Shown here piece after piece: positions 36,747 to 46,326 of a DNA stretch of 64,000 bases (its first letter is position 1; each line of letters opens with the position of its first letter). Under the pieces are notes generated by a model that saw only the letters and a list, made by a program, of their open reading frames with translations, was not told the origin of the DNA and ran no database searches. The stretch is taken from the IMG/VR virus record IMGVR_UViG_3300025012_000027, positions 74,027 to 138,026 of that record; one strand, given 5' to 3'. Origin of the DNA: a virus. A program made the translations under genes and the position numbers.

Positions 36747-37339
36747 TGAATGTACGCAAACTTTTTCTAGCCAAGTACGGGGCTAAAGACCATCTCGATG
36801 AATTGGTTAATGATACTGATTTGGTTGTTAGGGATGCTGTAGCTAAAAATCCATCCGCAACGAAAGAACATCTAGATACGCTCGTTAATGATAAATCCGA
36901 GTATGTTAGAGAATCTGTAGCCAGTAACCCAAATGCCTCGAAAGAGCATCTAGATAAACTAGCGGCGGATAATCACTTCTATGTTAGAGCGGCAGTAGCT
37001 CAGAATCCAAACGCCTCGAAAGAGCATCTAGATAAACTTGTTAACGATATAGACTGGCATGTTAGACGCGATGTAGCTCGGCATCTAAACGCCTCGACCG
37101 AACATCTAGATAAGCTGGTTAGTGATGCAGCCGAGTATGTTAGACACGCTGTAGCTAAGAATCCAACTGCCTCGAAAGAGCATCTAGATAAACTTGTTAA
37201 CGATGATGATTGGCATGTTAGAGTCGCTGTAGGTCGGCATCCTAATGCTACTAAAGATCATCTAGATAAGCTGGTTAGTGATGATAACAGTGATGTTAGA
37301 CGTGACGCGAAAGAAAATCTAACGAAAAGAAAACTATGA
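36746..37339 (+). CDS. repeat protein, eight 23-aa LRV-like repeats, copy 1
   Basis: Repeating EHLDKLVND..x.VR..VA.NPNASK unit; 69-bp DNA periodicity. Confidence 0.6.
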   Translation: MNVRKLFLAKYGAKDHLDELVNDTDLVVRDAVAKNPSATKEHLDTLVNDKSEYVRESVASNPNASKEHLDKLAADNHFYVRAAVAQNPNASKEHLDKLVNDIDWHVRRDVARHLNASTEHLDKLVSDAAEYVRHAVAKNPTASKEHLDKLVNDDDWHVRVAVGRHPNATKDHLDKLVSDDNSDVRRDAKENLTKRKL

Positions 37340-37932
37340 CCGATCAACGACACGAATTTCTGGCTAAGTATGGTGCTAAAGAGCATCTAGATAAGTTGGT
37401 TACTGATAAAAGCGAGTATGTTAGAGAATCTCTGGTATCAAATCCCAGCATAACTAACGATCATCTAGATAAGTTGGTTACTGATGAACACCCGGGTGTT
37501 AGACACGCTGTAGCTAGAAACCGAACTGCTTCGAAAGAACATCTAGATAAACTGGTTACTGATAAAAACGAGTATATTAGACGTAGTGTAGCTCGGAATC
37601 CAAATGCAACTAAAGATCATCTAGATAAACTGGTTACTGATAAAAGCGAGTATGTTAGAGAAGCTGTAACCAAGAGTCCAAATGCTTCGAAAGAACATCT
37701 AGATAAACTAGTTAACGATAGAGATTGGCATGTTAGAGAATCTGTAGCTAGTCATCCAAATGCAACTAAAGATCATCTAGATAAGTTGGTTACTGATGAA
37801 CACTGGGGTGTTAGACGTGCGGTAGCTAGTAGTCCAAATGCTTCAAAAGAACATCTGGATAAGTTGGTTACTGATGAACACGTATATGTTAGCCGTGTCG
37901 CGAAAGAGAATCTAGCGAGTAGAAAACTTTAA
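37336..37932 (+). CDS. repeat protein, LRV-like repeats, copy 2 (tandem paralog)
   Basis: Same repeat architecture; ATGA overlap with copy 1. Confidence 0.6.
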   Translation: MTDQRHEFLAKYGAKEHLDKLVTDKSEYVRESLVSNPSITNDHLDKLVTDEHPGVRHAVARNRTASKEHLDKLVTDKNEYIRRSVARNPNATKDHLDKLVTDKSEYVREAVTKSPNASKEHLDKLVNDRDWHVRESVASHPNATKDHLDKLVTDEHWGVRRAVASSPNASKEHLDKLVTDEHVYVSRVAKENLASRKL

Positions 37933-38010
37933 AAAAATGTTGTAATTCTACAACAGTCATAATTCAGGTAAATTATCGTGTTATAATATACTCACACCAG
38001 GAGTTATATT

Positions 38011-38232
38011 ATGCGAATCGAAACATTTAATGGCCGACAGCTAGTTCGCGATCACATCTTTCCAGCTGAATATATCAAAGTGGGGTCGAAATGGGCTGCC
38101 GCTGATGGTAGCGATCACGTTGTCACAATCGACCACTTTGAAGACGGTGAAGTATACTACTCATGGGATGGCGGCTCACACTCCAAAGATAGGTTTAGCT
38201 TTCAAACCCGCTATTGCTTGATTGTTGGGTGA
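38011..38232 (+). CDS. hypothetical protein
   Basis: ORF track; promoter at 37979, RBS AGGAG. Confidence 0.55.
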   Translation: MRIETFNGRQLVRDHIFPAEYIKVGSKWAAADGSDHVVTIDHFEDGEVYYSWDGGSHSKDRFSFQTRYCLIVG

Positions 38233-38339
38233 ACTATGTTGCTCGACGTCTGGATCTTAATAGTTTGGGTGGCTGTGCTGTACATCTTGATTTCCGATGC
38301 CATTACGCCTCCCAAACCACCTACTAGAAAGTTTCGACC

Positions 38340-38558
38340 ATGACAACAGTTGCTCAGCTGATCGCTAAACTCAAAGAATATCCAGCAGATGCCGAGGTAG
38401 AGTGTCTCCAAGAGGTGACTTGCAGCTATGATAAATGGGTAGAGTTCTTTCCAGTGGACTTGGACGACTTCGATGTGCTCGATTATTCGTCTATTGTAGA
38501 TCGAACAAAATATCCGCAAATGGCTGGAAAAATTATTATCCGATTGAACGCAGAGTGA
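38340..38558 (+). CDS. hypothetical protein
   Basis: ORF track. Confidence 0.45.
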   Translation: MTTVAQLIAKLKEYPADAEVECLQEVTCSYDKWVEFFPVDLDDFDVLDYSSIVDRTKYPQMAGKIIIRLNAE

Positions 38559-38568
38559 CACAAAACGG

Positions 38569-38609
38569 TGTTATAATTAACTTCTACACTTAAAGGACTA
38601 TATTATGGC
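38569..38609 (+). promoter_or_regulatory. promoter plus conserved leader block (TGTTATAATTAACT..TACACTTAAAGGACTATATTATGGC)
   Basis: Near-identical copy at 40651-40691. Confidence 0.6.
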
Positions 38610-38778
38610 TGGCAAAGCAAAATCGGTTTACTTGACGATCAACCCACGTGGAACGTTGAAGACAGTGTTTCACAAAGTGTTCTTTGATGCAAAGTCGTAT
38701 GCTGAATATGTGAAGACTGACGAGTTCAAGGCAAAATGGCCAGTTGAAGAATACTTGTTGGTCAAGGAGATCTACTAA
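38605..38778 (+). CDS. hypothetical small protein (57 aa)
   Basis: Below ORF cutoff; preceded by promoter at 38569 and conserved leader TAAAGGACTATATTATGGC. Confidence 0.45.
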   Translation: MAGKAKSVYLTINPRGTLKTVFHKVFFDAKSYAEYVKTDEFKAKWPVEEYLLVKEIY

Positions 38779-38932
38779 TCATGGAACAACTATCGTTTTG
38801 GGTCCAAATCGCAGCGGCTGTGTATTTGGGATTTATGGCTACCGTGCTTGACACAAAAGGTTTGAGTAGCGGGTTTGTGTTTAGGTTTATCCCGCTCGTA
38901 CTGTGCGTTCTAATTGCTCTGGATGTTATTCG

Positions 38933-39166
38933 ATGAATGATACATACAAACGATTAGCTAACGAAGCCGCAGACTATTGTTCTGAACAAGCAGACGGATC
39001 TGCGTGGACATGGGAGCGGAAGTTTGCTGAACTGCTTATCGAAGACTGCTTGAAAGTCTTGGAAAGTCACAACCCACCCCCAACCATCGATTTCACAGTT
39101 GGTTGGAACGCGGCTGTAGAAATGAAATTGATCGCTATGAGGGCGCACTTTGGGATGCTTGAATGA
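38933..39166 (+). CDS. hypothetical protein
   Basis: ORF track; start moved to MNDTYKRL. Confidence 0.4.
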   Translation: MNDTYKRLANEAADYCSEQADGSAWTWERKFAELLIEDCLKVLESHNPPPTIDFTVGWNAAVEMKLIAMRAHFGMLE

Positions 39167-39522
39167 ACTTTACAACATATGCTCGTGAATGCCGTAAGAT
39201 GGGCAGCCTGGTCGCTCACGCTCAGGAGAACGGTCGGATGGATACCGTTGAAGAGATTACTACTGCTAATGTAGAACTTCAAGAAAGGTATCTTAAAGCT
39301 CGCAGAGATGCGACCGTTGCTGAAAATGCAACTGCATTGCTCGACAAGATGAAGCGCAAAGCTGAAGGTCGTATAACTGCAAAATGGCAAACTCTAGCAG
39401 ATGTTGATTGGGATGATCTCGAACATCACATTGATGTATGCAAAACTCGACCATCGGAGGCGACATTCGATACGGTTATCAGAATCGTCGAAGCTTTGAA
39501 GAATCAGGTCATGACACGGTGA
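39163..39522 (+). CDS. hypothetical protein
   Basis: ORF track. Confidence 0.5.
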   Translation: MNFTTYARECRKMGSLVAHAQENGRMDTVEEITTANVELQERYLKARRDATVAENATALLDKMKRKAEGRITAKWQTLADVDWDDLEHHIDVCKTRPSEATFDTVIRIVEALKNQVMTR

Positions 39523-39558
39523 AAATTGTGTTAAATTAACTTTTATGGAAGATATATT

Positions 39559-40119
39559 ATGAAAAAATTGATTGTGAGTTGTATGTTAGCAGTGGCGATG
39601 TGTTCTGTGTATGCACAGACCATTGATGTTAGTAAGTTAACGCAAGAACAAGTGACTGCACTGTCGAAGCAGGTTCAAGAACTGGCTGGAAATCCAGTGA
39701 CAGTCTCGGCTCAGGTTCGATCTGAGGCATCCGCCTGGGGTGAGCTTGGTGCGAATATGGGAAAGGCGATGGTTGGTGCTGCTAAGGAAATTGGGGTGGC
39801 AGCAAATGAATTCAGCCAAACGTCCTTAGGTAAAGTTGTTGTCTTTATGACCGTCTACAAAATAATGGGGCGAGAACTTCTAGGAGTTATCGTCGGTAGT
39901 GGTATTATGCTATTCACATATAGCCTAGCGTTATGGTTATTGGCAACCAAGCGATGGAGCACCGTGACGTATACATATGTTCCCGTATTGTTTGGAGCAT
40001 TTACGTTGAAGAAAATTTTAGACTCTAAAATCAGCGACGATGTTTTGTTTGCTAAAGTCATGACATCGGCGTTGCTCTTAGTGTTTAGTACGCTTATTGG
40101 ATTGAACGTTATATTCTAA
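39559..40119 (+). CDS. membrane protein with signal peptide
   Basis: Signal peptide plus two TM helices. Confidence 0.5.
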   Translation: MKKLIVSCMLAVAMCSVYAQTIDVSKLTQEQVTALSKQVQELAGNPVTVSAQVRSEASAWGELGANMGKAMVGAAKEIGVAANEFSQTSLGKVVVFMTVYKIMGRELLGVIVGSGIMLFTYSLALWLLATKRWSTVTYTYVPVLFGAFTLKKILDSKISDDVLFAKVMTSALLLVFSTLIGLNVIF

Positions 40120-40129
40120 AGGTGTGAGC

Positions 40130-40363
40130 ATGAGTCCATCTAGTAATATGAAATTTTGTAAAGACTGTAGGCACAGCGCCGCTAATCGGTATTCCGAGAT
40201 CTCAGACTGGGATGCTATCCGATGCGAGAAGTTTGTCGAAACTCACCCAGTGTCTGGCCACGAAGTATGGCAACATACTTGCATACATGCCAGAACTCAG
40301 ATCAGTTTGTGTGGCACTGACGCAAAGTATTTTGTAGAACGTGATGAGAACAAAATGACATGA
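40130..40363 (+). CDS. hypothetical Cys/His-containing small protein
   Basis: ORF track; ATG start after RBS AGGTG. Confidence 0.45.
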   Translation: MSPSSNMKFCKDCRHSAANRYSEISDWDAIRCEKFVETHPVSGHEVWQHTCIHARTQISLCGTDAKYFVERDENKMT

Positions 40364-40620
40364 AAATTACTCTAGAAACTAAAGTATGGCAGGACGTCGA
40401 ATTGTCTGAGAGAAGCGTAGATGATATCGTGAGACGCAAGCTAGATGATCTCATTTACCCAGGAGAATTCATCAAACAGCGGGACACCGGTCAATTGGTA
40501 TTGATGAGAGCAGACCCGAATTGGCGACATGGTAATCCAGATGATGAGTTTGTGCGACTCGCAACTGAGTTAGATGTGGCTGTGATCGCAGTGAAAGATG
40601 CTCTTAAACTTAAGAAATAA
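40360..40620 (+). CDS. hypothetical protein
   Basis: ORF track. Confidence 0.45.
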   Translation: MKITLETKVWQDVELSERSVDDIVRRKLDDLIYPGEFIKQRDTGQLVLMRADPNWRHGNPDDEFVRLATELDVAVIAVKDALKLKK

Positions 40621-40650
40621 TCACGACGCGTTGATTCACGACTAACCCAG

Positions 40651-40691
40651 TGGTATAATTAACTCATACACTTAAAGGACTATATTATGGC
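40651..40691 (+). promoter_or_regulatory. second copy of the promoter/leader block upstream of the RNA ligase-like gene
   Basis: 25 bp identical to 38585-38609. Confidence 0.6.
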
Positions 40692-41745
40692 AGAACGTAA
40701 GATGGCAACTATTCGGATGATCGATTCCATTGACCCAATCGAGGGGGCCGATGCAATCGAGGTAGCAACCGTCGGTGGATGGAAAGTGGTTGTGAAGAAG
40801 GGAGAATTCTCGCCCAATGATGTAGCAATCTTCTTGGAAATCGATAGCTGGGTGCCCCATGAACTCGCCCCATTCCTATCCAAAGGCAAAGAACCGCGTG
40901 AATATAACGGGGTTAAGGGTGAAAAGCTTCGCACTATTCGCTTGAAGAAGCAGCTGTCTCAGGGTCTGTTGCTGCCGATGTCTATTTTTGGCTGTGGCTC
41001 TGGATATGACGAGCCGGTGGATTTGAGGCCCGATTATAAAGTTGGAGATGATGTATCTGAAGTGCTCGGCATCCAAAAGTGGGAAGCTCCGATCAACGCT
41101 CAACTAGCCGGGGTTGCTCGGGGGAATTTTCCATCAGTAGTCCCCAAGACCGACCAAGAAAGATGTCAAAATTTGAAGAAAGAACTTCAAACATGGATTG
41201 AGAAAGGATACACTTGGGAAGTGACTGAAAAACTAGATGGATCATCCTGTACAATATATCTCGATCTGGATGGCGAGTTCCATGTATGTTCTCGCAATCT
41301 CGATTTGGTCCGTGATGAAAATAACAGTTTCTGGAAAGCTGCTATCAACTACAATGTTGAAGCGGTTATGCGAGATAATCAATTGACCGGATTGGCAATT
41401 CAAGGCGAATTGATCGGCGAAGGTATCCAAGGCAATCCTTATGGTATCAAAGGGCATCGGTTCTGTGTGTTTGACATCTACGATACCCAAATCGGGGCGT
41501 ATCTTAGCCGATCGGCACGACACAATGTTGCCAATCTGTGCTATCTGGATAGTGTTCCTGTATTGAATCGATCGGTTAAATTGACTGAGACAGAGTCGAT
41601 TGACTCACTGCTTAAAATGGCTGAAGGAATCTCAGTTATGGGAACAACAAACACTGAGCGAGAAGGCCTAGTATTTGCATGTAATGAACACCCAGGTCTG
41701 TCATTCAAAGCGATTTCAAATAATTTCCTTCTTGGTCAGAAATGA
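40687..41745 (+). CDS. ATP-dependent RNA ligase-like nucleotidyltransferase (KxDG; Rnl5/DraRnl-like N-terminal domain), tentative
   Basis: Motif I VTEKLDGSS; OB-like N-terminus IRMIDSIDPIEGADAIEVATVGGWKVVVKKGEF; promoter at 40651. Confidence 0.5.
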   Translation: MAERKMATIRMIDSIDPIEGADAIEVATVGGWKVVVKKGEFSPNDVAIFLEIDSWVPHELAPFLSKGKEPREYNGVKGEKLRTIRLKKQLSQGLLLPMSIFGCGSGYDEPVDLRPDYKVGDDVSEVLGIQKWEAPINAQLAGVARGNFPSVVPKTDQERCQNLKKELQTWIEKGYTWEVTEKLDGSSCTIYLDLDGEFHVCSRNLDLVRDENNSFWKAAINYNVEAVMRDNQLTGLAIQGELIGEGIQGNPYGIKGHRFCVFDIYDTQIGAYLSRSARHNVANLCYLDSVPVLNRSVKLTETESIDSLLKMAEGISVMGTTNTEREGLVFACNEHPGLSFKAISNNFLLGQK

Positions 41746-41880
41746 TCTCGTTCCGTGTTATAATACACTATCAGGAGAAGTTAAATGGTTCACCCATATA
41801 CTAGCGATGTTCAAATGTTGATGAAATTCGCAGCCGATTACAGCATTCCAGATGATGAATCGCCGGCAGAGTAATTCAAT

Positions 41881-42132
41881 ATGAATACGCGAATAGAAGA
41901 ACTAGTAACTAGAGCAGGTGGATACGTATCATGTTCATATGAACATGATGGGAATCTTATATTGAGTGGAAAAGACGACATTGATCGGTTTGCAACTCTT
42001 ATCATCGACGAGTGCGTTAACATTGTGTTGAAAGGTGAGCTGGTGGAAAAGACAACGGAAGATACTGCTTACAATCTCGCACTCTTGGTTAGTGTAAGAA
42101 ACATATGCAAAGAACTCGAGGCGGTGCTATGA
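41881..42132 (+). CDS. hypothetical protein
   Basis: ORF track. Confidence 0.45.
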   Translation: MNTRIEELVTRAGGYVSCSYEHDGNLILSGKDDIDRFATLIIDECVNIVLKGELVEKTTEDTAYNLALLVSVRNICKELEAVL

Positions 42133-42371
42133 CTACCGAACTAGCAATTTTTCTATTCGGCCTTCCTCCTATACTGTATTGTGCGTCACTTTGGGTGCTG
42201 TGGTTTGGTGGTGAAGACTTGACCGTCGGTTTGTTCATGAGTATGTTCATCGCCTCGATCATTCCAATTCTAAACATAATAATCTTTATTTGTATTGGCA
42301 CTGTTACCTTAGCGATGAATGGTTCTACGATTATCATTCCTGGACGGAACATCAACAAAAAAGGCAAATAG
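42129..42371 (+). CDS. small membrane protein
   Basis: Start at ATGA overlap; two TM helices. Confidence 0.45.
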   Translation: MTTELAIFLFGLPPILYCASLWVLWFGGEDLTVGLFMSMFIASIIPILNIIIFICIGTVTLAMNGSTIIIPGRNINKKGK

Positions 42372-42372
42372 A

Positions 42373-42603
42373 ATGCTCAATACATATTATCTATACGGTT
42401 CTCCCGTATTATTTCTAGCACTGTTTTTGTATACGCTATGGAGAGAAAACGATGAGCTGCTCGTCTGTGACGTGTTCTGGGGGTTAGTTGTGGCATGCAT
42501 CCCAGTACTCAATTTATTTTTCGCTGTGATGTGTCTAAGTCAACTGAGTAACGGTGTATGGTTGCAGGTTATTATTAAAAGGAGCAACTCTAATGAAAAC
42601 TAG
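42373..42603 (+). CDS. small membrane protein
   Basis: In-frame ATG after previous stop; TM helices. Confidence 0.4.
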   Translation: MLNTYYLYGSPVLFLALFLYTLWRENDELLVCDVFWGLVVACIPVLNLFFAVMCLSQLSNGVWLQVIIKRSNSNEN

Positions 42604-42823
42604 AATCACAGATTTATTGCAACAGTCTGGGTTTGTTCTATGGGAAAACGAAGCATGGGGACCAGGCCCACATATGGTTGATTGGTCGAGTGACTATGCC
42701 GTCGAAATGGAACGATTCATTGCAGCACTGGTATCCGAATGTGCTTTGATCGCAGACAGCGATACATGTAAGCCATATGCGACATATGGAGAACGGATCA
42801 AAGCACATTTTGGCATCAAGTAG
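42593..42823 (+). CDS. hypothetical protein
   Basis: ATG preceded by strong RBS AAAAGGAG. Confidence 0.5.
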   Translation: MKTRITDLLQQSGFVLWENEAWGPGPHMVDWSSDYAVEMERFIAALVSECALIADSDTCKPYATYGERIKAHFGIK

Positions 42824-42887
42824 TTTTTAAACGTAAATATACATAGTTGGGAATAGATCCCGACCAAACACTATAAGAGGATTTCTT

Positions 42888-43913
42888 ATGCCAAAGCAAT
42901 ACAATACCCTAGTCTATATCGGTCGGTTTCAACCAGTGCACCTGGCACATTTGGAAATTATTCGTCGCGCCACTGAAATGGCAAACCAAGTGATTATTAT
43001 CATTGGTAGCGCAGACCAACCGCGAACATACAAAAACCCATTTACTCGTCAAGAACGAGCGGCTATGCTGCATCCCGTGTATAATATGGGGGATATGGAA
43101 TCTGCTATTCGGATTGAAGACGTAACCGATTCAACGTACAATAATCTTGCATGGGCTACCAAAGTACAAGCAATCGTTGCAAAACATAGCTATGCAGGTG
43201 ATTCTATTGGCATCATAGGACACGAAAAAGATGAATCAACATTCTATTTGAGAATGTTCCCTCAATGGAAGTTTGAAGATGTTGATCTGATCGAACCACT
43301 AAATGCAACGGACATTCGAAATTTGTACTTCAAACGATCTGGGAACATGAACTTCATTAAGAGCGTGGTCCATCATTCAACGTTTGACTTCTTATCGCAG
43401 TTTGCCCATACCCCTGCATTTGAACAGATCATTCGTGAGCGTGAGTTCATTGACTCATATAAAATGCAATATGCATCGCTGGCTTACCCGCCTATATTCG
43501 TAACCACCGATGCCGTCGTGCTGTGTTCCGGCCACGTACTGATGGTTAAGCGTAAAGCAGAACCTGGCAGGGGATTGTGGGCGCTCCCAGGGGGCTTCTT
43601 GAATGCCTATACCGATGCAAGCATTCAAGCTGCTGCGATTAGAGAGCTTAGAGAAGAAACTGGCATCAAAGTTCCTGCCCCTGTATTGGTGGGTAGTATC
43701 GTAGACTGTAAAGTGTTTGATGCTGTTGACCGAAGTGCTAGAGGTAGAACAATAACCCATGCTTTCAAGATAGTGTTGCTTGATGGCATGCTACCAAAGG
43801 TGCGTGGGGCGGATGATGCCGAGAAGGCAAAGTGGGTCCCATTGGCAGACGTGAAACGATCTGAATGCTTCGACGATCATTATGAAATTATTGCGACAAT
43901 GATTGGCGCGTAA
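42888..43913 (+). CDS. bifunctional NMN adenylyltransferase / Nudix ADP-ribose pyrophosphatase (NadM-Nudix, NatV-like)
   Basis: GRFQPVHLAH NMNAT motif; Nudix box GGF...AAIRELREETGI. Confidence 0.8.
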   Translation: MPKQYNTLVYIGRFQPVHLAHLEIIRRATEMANQVIIIIGSADQPRTYKNPFTRQERAAMLHPVYNMGDMESAIRIEDVTDSTYNNLAWATKVQAIVAKHSYAGDSIGIIGHEKDESTFYLRMFPQWKFEDVDLIEPLNATDIRNLYFKRSGNMNFIKSVVHHSTFDFLSQFAHTPAFEQIIREREFIDSYKMQYASLAYPPIFVTTDAVVLCSGHVLMVKRKAEPGRGLWALPGGFLNAYTDASIQAAAIRELREETGIKVPAPVLVGSIVDCKVFDAVDRSARGRTITHAFKIVLLDGMLPKVRGADDAEKAKWVPLADVKRSECFDDHYEIIATMIGA

Positions 43914-43965
43914 CAAGTCTAGGGGATAGACTCCTAGCAATTTTAACTTTAAAGGAACTTTAAAA

Positions 43966-45399
43966 ATGAAAAACTCAATTCTATTGAACACAGACAGCTA
44001 CAAAGTGAGCATGTGGCAGCAGTACCCACAAGGCACCGAATATGTGTATTCATACATCGAATCTCGAGGCGGCGAATACGCTGAAACTGAATTCTTGGGC
44101 GTCCAAGCACTTGCGAAATATCTATCAATCCCCATCACGCTAGATGACATTGACCTCGCCGACAGATTATGGACTGCTCACGGCGAACCATTCAACCGAG
44201 CTGGATGGGAATACATACTCAACACATATCAAGGTCGACTGCCAATTCGTATTCGGGCGGCAAAAGAGGGGCTCATTATCCCAACTAAAAACGTTCTGTG
44301 TACCATTGAGAACACAGATCCGAAATGCTATTGGCTCACTACGTGGGTTGAGACTGCCGCCCTTCGAGCGATCTGGTATCCAACTACCGTTGGCACTATT
44401 TCGTGGAACATCAAACAGTTCATTCTAAAATACTTGGATAAATCTGGCGACCCGTCTACTATTGCTTTTAAACTGCATGACTTTGGTGCTCGCGGTGTTT
44501 CTTCTGAAGAATCTGCTGGTATTGGCGGTGCAGCACACCTGGTCAATTTCATGGGTACGGACACTATGTCTGGCATTCTTCATGCTATGTCTGTTTATGG
44601 TGGAGACGTATGTGGCTATTCTATCCCAGCAGCAGAACACTCTACCATAACGAGCTGGGGGCGAGACAACGAAGTGAACGCATATCGTAATATGCTTACG
44701 CAATTCGCAAAGCCTGGATCGGTCGTCGCAGTTGTTTCTGACTCTTACGACATCTACAACGCATGTAATCTGTGGGGAACAGAACTCAAGCAACAAGTGA
44801 TCGACAGTGGAGCGACGGTTGTTATTCGCCCGGATTCAGGTGATCCGATCGAAGTGTTATCAAAGATGCTGCGTATTCTTGAAGAACGATTTGGTGCACC
44901 GAAGAACGCCAAGGGGTACAAAGTTCTTAACAATGTACGAGTGATTTGGGGCGACGGGATCAACATCCAAAGTCTCGAAGCAATTCTTACGCATATGGTC
45001 GACTTCCTCGGGTACAGCGCAGACAACTTCGCATTCGGCATGGGTGGCGGACTATTGCAACAATGCAATCGAGACACCTTGAAGTTCGCTATGAAGGCGT
45101 CCGCAATTGGGGTTCGCGAGACTAGACTCGATGAGTTCTGCGGGGATGAAGATTACACGAGCTCGGTGGTGTGGCGTGATGTGTTCAAAGATCCAATCAC
45201 TGATCCCGGCAAATCGTCCAAGAAAGGTCGAGTAACACTTTGGGAATCTGGCGGACACTATGAGTCCAGCGTAACTCAGCCGACTAAATGGACCGATCGT
45301 GGATTTGAATGGAAAGAAGCTATGGAAACATACTTTGAAGACGGCGAAGTAACGTTCACGCAAACGTTTGAGCAAGTGCGATCAAACCAACATATCTAA
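43966..45399 (+). CDS. nadV: nicotinamide phosphoribosyltransferase (Nampt/NadV)
   Basis: N-terminal ILLNTDSYKVSMWQQYP and overall Nampt-family length/architecture. Confidence 0.8.
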   Translation: MKNSILLNTDSYKVSMWQQYPQGTEYVYSYIESRGGEYAETEFLGVQALAKYLSIPITLDDIDLADRLWTAHGEPFNRAGWEYILNTYQGRLPIRIRAAKEGLIIPTKNVLCTIENTDPKCYWLTTWVETAALRAIWYPTTVGTISWNIKQFILKYLDKSGDPSTIAFKLHDFGARGVSSEESAGIGGAAHLVNFMGTDTMSGILHAMSVYGGDVCGYSIPAAEHSTITSWGRDNEVNAYRNMLTQFAKPGSVVAVVSDSYDIYNACNLWGTELKQQVIDSGATVVIRPDSGDPIEVLSKMLRILEERFGAPKNAKGYKVLNNVRVIWGDGINIQSLEAILTHMVDFLGYSADNFAFGMGGGLLQQCNRDTLKFAMKASAIGVRETRLDEFCGDEDYTSSVVWRDVFKDPITDPGKSSKKGRVTLWESGGHYESSVTQPTKWTDRGFEWKEAMETYFEDGEVTFTQTFEQVRSNQHI

Positions 45400-45407
45400 G
45401 GAATTAT

Positions 45408-45623
45408 ATGTCCGACCATCATCTCCCTAAACTACCTACCCCAACAATCATCGATGGTCGGATGGTGTTCACATCTGGTCAAATGAGAGAGTATGGCGAA
45501 CTGTGCTTTGAGCAAGGTAAACTGTTTGACGCTGAAAATATTCCAGTTGAAGATACTACCAAGGTAGGGACTGACTCAACATTCGTCGACGAACTAATGT
45601 CTATTTTTAACATGAAGAAGTGA
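45408..45623 (+). CDS. hypothetical protein
   Basis: ORF track. Confidence 0.45.
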   Translation: MSDHHLPKLPTPTIIDGRMVFTSGQMREYGELCFEQGKLFDAENIPVEDTTKVGTDSTFVDELMSIFNMKK

Positions 45624-45629
45624 GGTTAT

Positions 45630-45914
45630 ATGGGTATTTATTATGCTGCACGTTTGGTTGTTGGGTTGCCTGCCAGCCAGGTCGACATTGAAGTTGATTC
45701 AGCTGATGGATTGGGGCTAGATATCATTTCTCCGTATTACGATGATCCATACGATCAATCATTGATTGGAATTGTTGTTGCAACCTCGGACGATTACTCA
45801 TTCCAAGAGATCGACATGACAGCGGTACTTGAGAAGATTTCGTTGGCTAGGATCAAATTCGCTCGAATGACCGGCCTCGAAGGCAAAGTTTTTATTTCCA
45901 CTTATGGAATGTGA
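45630..45914 (+). CDS. hypothetical protein
   Basis: ORF track. Confidence 0.45.
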   Translation: MGIYYAARLVVGLPASQVDIEVDSADGLGLDIISPYYDDPYDQSLIGIVVATSDDYSFQEIDMTAVLEKISLARIKFARMTGLEGKVFISTYGM

Positions 45915-45960
45915 CGGTATAACCATGTTATAATTTAGGTTTACAGCAAAGGAATATATT

Positions 45961-46116
45961 ATGAGAATTTTGAACTTCATTGCAATCTGCGTGGCGTATG
46001 CTATTATTGGATATGTGTACTTGCCAGCAGCTCTTGTATTATTAGTTATCGATTTGGGGCTGCTGTCGTATTTTCATCGGAAGCAACCGCGTACATCAAA
46101 TGGCGAGACCGATTGA
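45961..46116 (+). CDS. small membrane protein (51 aa)
   Basis: Below ORF cutoff; promoter at 45926, RBS AAGGAA. Confidence 0.4.
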   Translation: MRILNFIAICVAYAIIGYVYLPAALVLLVIDLGLLSYFHRKQPRTSNGETD

Positions 46117-46122
46117 GAACAT

Positions 46123-46318
46123 GACCATGACACAAACATCTGTAGTTAATCACTCTCAGACATATACCCCGGACAATGAACCGTTGAGTTGTGCTAAGTA
46201 TGCCCGCATGGAGTCGGTAGTGGAAGCGATGTTCTTACCAACACCGTCACGTGAGCAACACATGGCGCTCCTGAATCACATCATTGACTCTTGGATCTTT
46301 CCAGCAACTATCAACTAA
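46123..46318 (+). CDS. hypothetical protein
   Basis: ORF track (longer ORF 46100 overlaps previous); start uncertain. Confidence 0.35.
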
Positions 46319-46326
46319 CTTATATT

